A program made the position numbers and the translations under genes. A DNA stretch of 64,000 bases from Eledone cirrhosa (Eukaryota): positions 280,426,001-280,490,000 of the forward strand of contig OZ024743.1 in NCBI GenBank assembly GCA_964016885.1, given 5' to 3'. This document shows positions 54,090 through 64,000 of this stretch, piece after piece (position 1 is the stretch's first letter; every line of letters begins with the position of its first letter). A model generated the notes under the pieces. The model was not told the origin of the DNA and searched no databases. It saw only the letters and a program-made list of their open reading frames with translations.

Positions 54090-54404
54090 CGATATTAATA
54101 AATGGAAACTATATTTATAAAACCATATTTATTTCTCATTATATATATTTCAAGGATACCAAGTTAAATTAAGGTATGCCTTCATCAGACAAAATACAAT
54201 ATATAACAGTTTTATAAATAGACATTGACGTACCCTTTTAAAAAGTCACTTTTTAAAAGGGTACGTCAATGTCTATTTATAAAACTGTTATATATTGTAT
54301 TTTGTCTGATGAAGGCATACCATAATTTAACTTGGTATCCTTGAAATATATATAATGAAATAAATATGGTTTTATAAATATAGTTTCCATTTGTTTAATA
54401 TCGT
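54090..54404. repeat. Near-perfect palindrome (arms about 155 bp, 1-nt spacer at 54247) between (TA)n tracts
   Basis: Centre ...gtacccttttaaaaagt c actttttaaaagggtac...; arms differ at few positions. Confidence 0.95.
54298..54362 (+). ncRNA. Minimal type I hammerhead ribozyme (mirror copy on minus strand at about 54130-54196)
   Basis: UAUUUUGU CUGAUGA AGGcAUACCA(loop)UGGUAUcCUU GAAA UAUAUA UA^ AUGAAAUA: intact core, 8-bp stem I including G-U pairs, palindromic stem III. Confidence 0.75.
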
Positions 54405-54457
54405 ATATCTACTCCAAATATTTGCTTGTTGTATCCCAACAATTTAAATAGAATTTT

Positions 54458-54533
<76 letters not shown>

Positions 54534-54610
54534 CATATATGTGTGTGTGTATATATATGTATATATATATGTATATATATATTTATTTATATATATATGT
54601 ATGTATATAT

Positions 54611-54653
<43 letters not shown>

Positions 54654-54735
54654 CATACATATATATATATACATATAAATAAATATATATATATAAATAT
54701 ATACATATATATACACACACACACACACACACATA

Positions 54736-54826
<91 letters not shown>

Positions 54827-55058
54827 GGATACTTAGTAAAATCGAATCTCTGGCGGTTTGCAAGCAGAATCGGCCTACTATATGAAATAATTGTTTCTAC
54901 TTTAGGCACAAGGCCATCAATTACCCAGTACATTACTGGAAATAATGAGTTAGCAAAGCACTCGATAAGGTAGGTCCTTAGAGTAATAACATACGTTTAA
55001 ATAGCTTGACAAATCGAACATTGTGGTAGGCAAAATCTAACATATATATATAATCTAA

Positions 55059-55125
<67 letters not shown>

Positions 55126-55179
55126 TTAGATACCATTAACAACCAAAAACAAATCCTCCATTCCCATTATGCCAAACCC

Positions 55180-56070
55180 ATGACTTCCAAACATCTGATC
55201 CACCGAAACTCGGCCATTTCGGACCATACCAAAATCAACATACTGATTGCGGATTTGGTACGGGTGATGAGAAATGTGTCCCGCATGTGCAACCCCGAAG
55301 AACTAGAGAGACACATACAACACTTCATCCACCGTATGCAGTTCTCTGGCTACAATCAGAGAGATAGAATCAGAGTGTATAGAGGAGCCAGAACCAAATG
55401 GGAAAAAATGGTAAATAATGACATAAATGGGACCTGCCCCTTGTATAGGAGCAAATTTTGGAATAGAATAGAAAGAACTAGGAACAAGGCCAATAGAATA
55501 AACTCATGGTATGGTAGCAATAAATACCAGAGTGTAATGTTCATCAATACAACCCCTAGAGGCGAACTAGCCTACAAATTTAGAAGGGCCCTAAATAAAC
55601 ATAAACTCAATATTAAGATAGTAGAAAGACCAGGTACCTCCGTAAAAACACTTATTAGCAAGACATACCCGTTCCAAAGACCCTCATGTATAGATAAGAA
55701 ATGTATAACCTGTAAAATAAGCCCCCATATTAACTGTAAAACTAGAAATGTAGTGTATAGCATAAGATGTACTGAAGGACAATGTAGAAACAAAAACATA
55801 GTGTACATAGGTGAAACAGCTCGTAGTATAGGGGAACGGATAAATGAACACTGGCGAGACCTTCAAGATAATAAAGAATCATCTGTACTCTACCAACATG
55901 CTAAGATAGAACACAAGGGTAAATTAGAGAACATAGAAATAAAAATAGAATCTACACACAGATTAGATGCAATGTTTAGGCAAATTACAGAGGCAGTAAG
56001 CATAAAAGAATTACAACCAAAATTAAATAGAAAATATGAGTGGAACAGCAACATCACAACTTACAATTAA
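55180..56070 (+). CDS. Penelope-like RT C-terminal region, Cys-rich linker and GIY-YIG endonuclease (truncated)
   Basis: HYAKPMTS, MQFSGY, CIDKKCITC...NCKTRNVVYSIRC...YIGETARSIGERINEH, RQITEAVSI...LNRKYEW. Confidence 0.9.
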   Translation: MTSKHLIHRNSAISDHTKINILIADLVRVMRNVSRMCNPEELERHIQHFIHRMQFSGYNQRDRIRVYRGARTKWEKMVNNDINGTCPLYRSKFWNRIERTRNKANRINSWYGSNKYQSVMFINTTPRGELAYKFRRALNKHKLNIKIVERPGTSVKTLISKTYPFQRPSCIDKKCITCKISPHINCKTRNVVYSIRCTEGQCRNKNIVYIGETARSIGERINEHWRDLQDNKESSVLYQHAKIEHKGKLENIEIKIESTHRLDAMFRQITEAVSIKELQPKLNRKYEWNSNITTYN

Positions 56071-56274
56071 GGACAAAATGAAAACACACACACACATAGA
56101 ACAAACAACCAAACAACAACATGTAAATAAATAAACAAATAGATAAATGAACACAAACACACACAGACACCCGGATGTGGCGCATGCGCAAACTGAGCAC
56201 ACAACACACACACAGAAACAAAATGGCGTAGGACAGAAGAAAGGAAAGGCACAGAAACAAAGAAAGGAATCCCC

Positions 56275-56319
56275 AGTCACTGAAGAGGTCACAGAGTGTG
56301 TGACGAAAGGACTATGACT
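56275..56319 (+). ncRNA. Minimal hammerhead ribozyme in the Penelope pLTR
   Basis: AGUCA CUGAAGA g GUCACA gagug UGUGAC GAAA ggac UA^ UGACU: 5-bp stem I, 6-bp stem II. Confidence 0.75.
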
Positions 56320-56687
56320 ATATATAAACAACTATCTGGTTGTGGAACCAACCAACCAACCAGGAATTTATAGATTTGTAGATTTGTAAATTTATAAATT
56401 TGTAAATATATAATAAATTGAAGTGAAAGCAACTGGTGCGTGTGTTTCTTATTGGCAACATGACTCTCCCAAAGTATAACAATATCGGTTTCAACACACG
56501 ATTTCAGATAAAGAATCTTGCTAAACAAATTCAGAAACGAAATATATATATATACATATATATATATATAAAAAAGAAATAGGATTTCGCTTCAAGCATA
56601 AAGAAATACGGTTTTAGGAAGCCGTACCTATGCAAACACCGGGGGGCTAACGCCCTCTGGTGATGTTCAGCAGAAGCAAGGGGGACA

Positions 56688-56731
56688 ACCGTTTATGCAT
56701 TTCAGGCTTAACTGGCCTTCATCAGGACGGT
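56688..56731 (-). ncRNA. Minimal type I hammerhead ribozyme
   Basis: ACCGUC CUGAUGA AGGC caguuaa GCCU GAAA UGCA UA^ AACGGU: palindromic AUGCAU stem III, one mismatch in stem I. Confidence 0.8.
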
Positions 56732-57063
56732 CCATCCCACCGCTTGTGACTGTAGGCCAGTTAAGCCTGAAATGCATAGACGGTTGTCCCCCTTGCTTCT
56801 GCTGGGCATAACCAAAGGGCGTTAGCCCACCGGTGTTTGCATAGCTACAGCTTCCTAAAACCGTATTTCTTTGGAGATACGAAATATGTATACATATTGT
56901 ATAAAGCTATGCTTGAAGCGAAATCCTATTTCTTTTTTATTATAAGTTGAGCCAACTTATGCAGCTTCATATGCAAATGAGATTAATCACCTCATTTACA
57001 CAGACGAGAAAAGTATATATTCTCGCCTGTCTTCTAGTCCAGCAGTCGCAAGCGGTGGGATGG

Positions 57064-57107
57064 ACCGTCCTGACGAAGGCCAGTTAAGCCTGAAACACAT
57101 AGACGGT
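57064..57107 (+). ncRNA. Minimal type I hammerhead ribozyme
   Basis: ACCGUC CUGACGA AGGC caguuaa GCCU GAAA CACA UA^ GACGGU: perfect 6-bp stem I and 4-bp stem II. Confidence 0.82.
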
Positions 57108-57210
57108 TGTCCCCCTTTCTTCTGCTGGACATCACCAGAGGGCGTTAGCCTCCGGTGTTTGCATAGCTACGGCTCCTAAAAGCGTATTTCTTTGGAGATA
57201 CGAAATATTT

Positions 57211-57290
<80 letters not shown>

Positions 57291-57309
57291 GCCGGCATAG
57301 ACACAAACA

Positions 57310-57355
<46 letters not shown>

Positions 57356-57647
57356 CACAAACACACACATACACACATAGATAGATATAAAATTAACTAA
57401 ACAAAGGTAAATAAATAATCGATTTTCTTGTTTGATATTTAGTAGTTGAAATAATTTTAATATTAATCCATTCAGCAGTCCCCGTTGCACATAATTTCTA
57501 CAACATGCCACACGTTATGTGTTACATAAAATTGAATGAATATTAAAATTACACAAATAATACATTGTAAGCATTTATTATCTAAATTGTATAATATGTT
57601 TCATGTATATGTGTGTGTGATTGTGAGTGAGCGTATGTGTCAGTATA

Positions 57648-57697
<50 letters not shown>

Positions 57698-57760
57698 GAT
57701 ATATATATGTATATAGACATATGTGTGGGGGTGTAGCTATAGATGCACACATACATACAA

Positions 57761-57799
<39 letters not shown>

Positions 57800-57950
57800 T
57801 ATATATATATATATATGTATGTATATACATATATATATATATATCTACATATATATGTATGTATACATACAAATATATATATATACATACATATATATAT
57901 ATATGTATATAAATACATACAAGTATATATATATATATATATATATAAAG

Positions 57951-58003
<53 letters not shown>

Positions 58004-58273
58004 GGGGGGGGGATGTCTACATATTTCATAATTATAATGCCTAAATGTACTCGGGAAGCAGAGACGGGACATATGTGTGCATGTGAGTATGTCAGAGAAA
58101 CAAATGCCAAATGTTTATTACAATTTAATATATTTGGTAATAACTGAGGCGATTACGTTGAAACGGATTGCTTTTCTATAAGCTGTGTTTTAATGAAAAG
58201 TAGAAGAAAACTATCAATTATTTCTGGAACCGTAGAAAACTGAAATGACCATCCAAATGGATGTTGACTCTCG

Positions 58274-58365
<92 letters not shown>

Positions 58366-58367
<2 letters not shown>

Positions 58368-58593
58368 ATAATAATAAATTTGAAGACTAAAATCCAAAGA
58401 GGGCTCGATAAGGATAAATATATATTAAATATATAAGAACCGTAGAGCAAATATTTATTAAAAGAACAGATTAAAATTTAAGCAAAGAATCGCTGCTTTC
58501 ACCCTTAACGGGAACTTCTGAGACTCAGAAGATCCCGTTAAGGGTGAAAGCAGCGATTCTTTGCTTAAACTTTAATCTGTTATTTTAATAAAT
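58366..58593. repeat. Fold-back module, palindrome centred at about 58523
   Basis: 58453-58522 is inverted at 58524-58593. (TA)n lies on both sides. Confidence 0.9.
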
Positions 58594-58655
58594 ATATATA
58601 TATATATACATATATATTATATATACATATATGAACACTCGTGTACGCATGCCTG

Positions 58656-58718
<63 letters not shown>

Positions 58719-58732
58719 GCATGCGTACACGA

Positions 58733-58782
<50 letters not shown>

Positions 58783-58784
<2 letters not shown>

Positions 58785-59147
58785 CGTTTCTGAATTTGTT
58801 TAGCAATATTCTTTATCTGAAATCGTGTGTTGAAACCGATATTGTTATACTTTGGGAGGGTCATGTTGCCAATAAGAAACACACGCACCATTTGCTTTCA
58901 CTCCAAAAACAAGATGGCGTAGGACAGAACAAAGGAGAGGCACAAAACAAAGAATAGATTCCCAAGTCACTGAAGTGGTCACAGAATGTGTAACGAAAGA
59001 ACTTTGACAATATATGAACAACCGTCCGGTTGTGGAACCAATCAACGAACCAGAAATTTATATATTTTTTAATTTATAATTTAATTTATGATAAATTGGT
59101 GCGTGTGTTTCTTATTGGTAACATGACCCTCCCAAAGTATAACAATA
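58783..59147. mobile_element. Solo rearranged pLTR of the 55124 Penelope family
   Basis: 58783-58902 is the inverse of about 56422-56545 and is joined to 58905-59147, a direct copy of about 56215-56485. The hammerhead is decayed (CTGAAGTG). Confidence 0.85.
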
Positions 59148-59317
59148 TATATATATATATAAGGAAAAAAAATGAAATCGAAAATGCAACTGAAGTCTTT
59201 CTTTTTTTTTAATATATATTTATCTGGTTCCTTTACCGGTTTCGCAGTTCTTGTGCTTTTCAAAAGTAGAATTGAGATGGAGGGTTTATGGTTTGTTTAT
59301 ATATATATGTATATATT

Positions 59318-59365
<48 letters not shown>

Positions 59366-59611
59366 TTTGGCTATGGTAACAAAAGATGCAAAACTCAATG
59401 CATGGATTTTAGTATAGCTTCGAAGCTACACCAGTCACTCGAACGCCAGGGATTTGGTGCTTAAGCACTCTCTTCAAATCTGTCTTTGAATAAGGCGCGT
59501 CGCATCACTGGTATAGCTTCAAAATATAACTACAAAAAGTACACACACACACACACACATATTTATATATATATATATGTGTGTGTGTGTGTACATATAT
59601 ATATATATATG

Positions 59612-59719
<108 letters not shown>

Positions 59720-59982
59720 CCAACGTCAATAAATACACCAGGAATTTTTCGTTCTGATGATTGAAAGCAAAATTTTTTTGATTTTAAGAAACCACTGGTA
59801 AATGAAATAATTGCCTTATGTTGTTTATTACATAACTATATATATATATACATATAACAAAGAAAGTGATGTAAGTAACCAGGTGGACCAAAATGCACCA
59901 GAATACTCGATACTTAGGATATCCGAACGGATCTAGCTGTCGAAACGGCCGGAGCTCAGCCGTCGGATCCTGAGTCTTTTCC

Positions 59983-60013
<31 letters not shown>

Positions 60014-60189
60014 ATATATAAGTTCGCTAACAGCCACAATGTATGACAAAGTTATATCTGTATAAATACAGAGTGTGTAACCGACACTGCACCAATGTGT
60101 ATAAATATATACATTATATCAAACAGATATAATTTTATCACACACTCTACATATATATGACTCACTCTCTCTCTCTCACTCTCTCTCTC

Positions 60190-60234
<45 letters not shown>

Positions 60235-60658
60235 CTCTCTCACTCCCTCGCTTTCTTTGTATGTGAGTATGTGTGTGAACGTGTGTGCATGAGTTTGTGC
60301 GTATGTTTCTGTTTACGTGTGTGTATAAATTTGCATTGATCTATTTGTATATAATAGGTGATCTATATTCTGCTAATACAATGTTCGAATTGCTATTTAA
60401 GTACATTCTACAATTGATAACTAAATATATTTGCATTGCATTGCGGTTTTTTCTCAACTGTCTTAATGTGTAGCCATGTTCAATACATACACGTACACAC
60501 ACGCACATGTACATACTCACACAAACTCACACACGAAATCACAAACACACACACATAATATATATATATATATATACACACATATATATATATATATGTA
60601 TATATTTATTTATATATATATATATATATACATACACATACCCACACACACATATATA

Positions 60659-60708
<50 letters not shown>

Positions 60709-61619
60709 TGCCGTTATTTATGTTTGTATGTATGTATGTATGTATGTATGTATGTATGATGTATGTGTATATGTTTGTATGTGCTTATGTATGTATGTGT
60801 GTATATATGTATGCATACATGTATGCTTGTATATTTGTATGTATATACGTTTGTATGCAAACATGTATATATGTATTGAAGCACGAATGTAAGGAGAAAG
60901 AACAAACATATGCCTCTATAAAACAGTATAGTAAACTGTCGTGATAAGTTTATACAAGAAGTGATATATTTACGTAGCATGTTACATAATGTATTAAAAA
61001 TTATTCTAATTATCGAAATACATGCGATGTACAGCTCATATAGATTAGTGCGAATCTCAAAAGCTCTTTCTATATTCTCCACGGCTCCATTATATTTCAC
61101 GATTCTGATCGACTGAACAAATCATGATTTTCTCAAATACGTTTGTTTGTGGATATATTCAGAGTATTTTATAATGGATGTATGGACGTTAAATCAGCAT
61201 TGTCGAAATTAACTTTATCATATATATATATTAAATTCAATTCAATTCATTTTCATGCCATTGTATGCATTTGCGACGTAAAACGCATTGCATTTTGAGT
61301 TGAAGGAAGAGCATTTGATTTTTTTAGGTATTTATATTGTTTTTCGTGTACATGACAGAAGTAATAGTAATTAATATATCTTACTTTAATAGGGATATCA
61401 TGGAAACATTGACAAATATAAACACACAGTCGCGTTCATATGTACTACGCTTATGAAAAAGACAAAAATGTGGACTATATCAACTCGTGTTGAAGCATTG
61501 GAGGAGAGTTCACGGAAACTATTTCAAAGTCATGCCAATGCGGTTCGAATGCGCATGTATGCGTATCCAAGATGGCATTATACATTGTTAAATAATTTGT
61601 TGATGAACTGGGTTGGTTG

Positions 61620-61691
<72 letters not shown>

Positions 61692-61752
61692 TCTCTTTCT
61701 CTACCTCTCTCTATTTCTCTCGCTTTCTCTCTTTCTCTCTCAATCTTTCTCA

Positions 61753-61809
<57 letters not shown>

Positions 61810-61829
61810 AAAGGGATTAACATCATGAA

Positions 61830-63000
61830 TAACCCACTTCCTTAAAAGGAACAGTCTGCTGAATTCCAAACAGCATGGGTTCCGTAATAGCAGGAACTGC
61901 CTGACGCTGCTTCTGCGTCACTTTGATTAGAGCAAGACCTTTAACAGGGCTGATCACAACATCCTGTTCAAGAAACTATGTAACATTGGAGTCTGGAAAG
62001 CTACTGCAGTGGATTAAATGTTTCCTGATAAACAGATACCAGTATAATGACTCAAAGTCAGTAGCGGAGTTTCACAAGGCACCGTGCTGGTCTCACTACT
62101 CTTCATTATTTACATAAACGACGGTGGATTGGCAGTATTGGTAGAGGGTCGGACGCCATGCTTTGACGTATAGAGTTACGGCCCTTGCTATTCTGAGTTC
62201 AAATCCCGCCAAGGTTAACTTTGCCTTTCATCCTTACGGGGTCTATAAAATAAAGTACCAGTAATGCACTGGGTAATTGCTGGCCTTGTTCCTAACGTAG
62301 AAACAATTATTTACATAAACGACATTATAAACGCCATCAAGCATAGCAAGATAGGAATTTTCGCAGATGATTCAAAATTCCAGAAGGTAATCAACGGAGT
62401 GGGAGACCGGACATGCCTTCAATCGGGTCTGTTCGCTATTATCCAATGGCCGACAAAAAACAATATACTACTAGAGGATTTTAAATTTGAATTAACCCAC
62501 TTTCTAAAAAGGGATGCATTGAAGTTACCATATTCTCTTCCGCCAGGTGAAACCCTCGTGGAATTAGACAACACCAGAGATTTTAGAGTAATTGTTGACA
62601 ACATAAGCCGTTAAACTCACATAAACAACAAAGCTGGCTTGAACCGCAGGGTGTGTTCGTGGATTCTCAGTACATTCTGGTCTACAGAAATTTATACCAT
62701 CATTTAACTCTATTCTACCTTTGCCTGGCCTTACATTAAATACTGTTGCCCACTGTGGTCGCCTCACACAAAACAAAGTATTATGAAAATTGTAGCATCC
62801 CAGAGGTCAATTACAAAAACAATGAACGGTATGACAGACTTTGACTATTGAGCTCGACTAAAAAAACTCAAACTCTTTAGCGCTACATCATATGCATGAT
62901 GTGCAAAATATTCTATTAATATTGCCCAAATAATGTTGGTATCATTTTTAATATCGACCCAATTCTTGGTATCCGTGCTATCCGCCCACTACAAAAAATC
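61830..63000 (+). pseudogene. Degenerate CR1/L2-like LINE reverse transcriptase fragment
   Basis: QHGFRNSRNCLT, LLFIIYIND, IFADDSK and PYIKYCCPLWSP remnants with frameshifts and deletions. Confidence 0.8.
62123..62305 (+). mobile_element. tRNA-derived SINE inserted in the LINE, with 18-bp TSD
   Basis: ATTATTTACATAAACGAC at 62105-62122 and 62306-62323. A/B boxes and Meta-like domain lie inside. Confidence 0.92.
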
Positions 63001-63802
63001 GAAAACTACTTTTTATTAGAGTGGGTCACATTGTCCAAAACATAACTAGGCTGTAAACCCATTATCTGAAATACTTCATCGGGCGATGCTATTAAGGTAG
63101 ACTTGGCCTGGGCCAACACAGGCCAAAACATATCAAAGTTATATATATATATATATTGGATACATATAAAAATAAGAAAACTCATCGTTAGAACAGCCGT
63201 TAAAACAGCTAAATGTTGTCAAATACAACCATGGGCAAAAATGCTTCAGAGAACAAGGACCAGCAGCCAGTGGTCAACAGAGAGACAATCTATAAGCAGA
63301 TGAAATATAGAAACGATTGAAAGAGGAGGAGGACAAGGAGAAGTGCACTGGCACACAGAAGTGACTAGAAGAAGGAAATAAAGAAAGGTGATGTACAAGA
63401 CAAGTTTACGCACCCACACATATTCACCCTCATCAGCTCTCAAACCAGCAAAATGGTTTCGCACGATTTAATTGAGAATACCATTTTAAAAAGCTGAAGC
63501 GTGCAACAGTATAATAAGGCTTTCAGTTGGTATAATTTAACATCTACATGGTTGTTCTAGTTGACTGAAAACAGCAGCCAATATTCAGCAAATTTCACAC
63601 TGTTGCCTTGAAAAAGAACGAATTGAGTTATCCAAGATATACTATACTAGCAAAAAATATCAGCATAACTATAGTTGTTATGCCTTTCATCATTGGTATT
63701 TTCGATTAATGCTGACCTGGGACGTAACAAAAACTAAAACGTTATTGTATTTCATGTCTCTGAATATTTTATTCTCTAAAGAAATCAAAGGCTAACGTTT
63801 TG

Positions 63803-63823
63803 TAGCAGCAGCAGCAGCAGCAA

Positions 63824-63886
<63 letters not shown>
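63803..63886. repeat. (CAG)n-(TAG)n microsatellite
   Basis: Read directly. Confidence 0.95.
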
Positions 63887-63887
<1 letters not shown>

Positions 63888-64000
63888 TTTTGCTGCTGTT
63901 GTTGAGAAGTAAGTTTCTTTATTCTTATTTAAAATTACTTTTTCGTCTCGGTCATCTATACCATCTAAGTGGATTATGCCGTTGAGAATCAAATGTTTTC

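Larger units (their letters stand above)
55124..56545 (+). mobile_element. 5'-truncated Penelope-like retroelement inserted in (TA)n, with 3' pLTR
   Basis: Begins and ends at (TA)n. Contains the ORF below and a hammerhead in the downstream region. Confidence 0.9.
56568..57212. repeat. Fold-back plus tandem module between (TA)n tracts with three hammerhead-region copies
   Basis: 56600-56745 is inverted relative to both 56754-56870 and 57049-57195. 56568-56600 is inverted at about 56908-56940. Confidence 0.9.

Noticed and set aside
62123-62210. tRNA gene
   Set aside because: The A/B boxes belong to a multi-copy SINE head with a TSD; no cloverleaf.

Overview
Repeat-dominated, AT-rich eukaryotic DNA with no host gene I can support. 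It is probably from a coleoid cephalopod such as octopus, inferred from the SINE types and the extreme (TA)n density. Bases 1-18550 are a homogeneous 42-bp G/T-rich satellite containing internal 1,343-bp and 5,079-bp block duplications. The array ends at a TTAA-flanked piggyBac-type MITE, and diverged 42-bp monomers continue beyond it. The rest holds mini- and microsatellites, tRNA-derived SINEs, a non-autonomous Helitron, CR1/L2-like and RLE (CRE-like) LINE remnants, and a head-to-tail stack of Tx1/L1-clade retrotransposons sitting in (GATA)n. Three Penelope-like (GIY-YIG) remnants are also present. The most notable signal is about eight short fold-back or tandem modules from several unrelated sequence families, anchored in (TA)n tracts. 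Most carry an intact or decayed minimal type I hammerhead ribozyme (CUGANGA...GAAA-short palindrome-UH), consistent with a (TA)n-associated Penelope pLTR or retrozyme-like system. All alignments and folds were done by eye, so boundaries are approximate.
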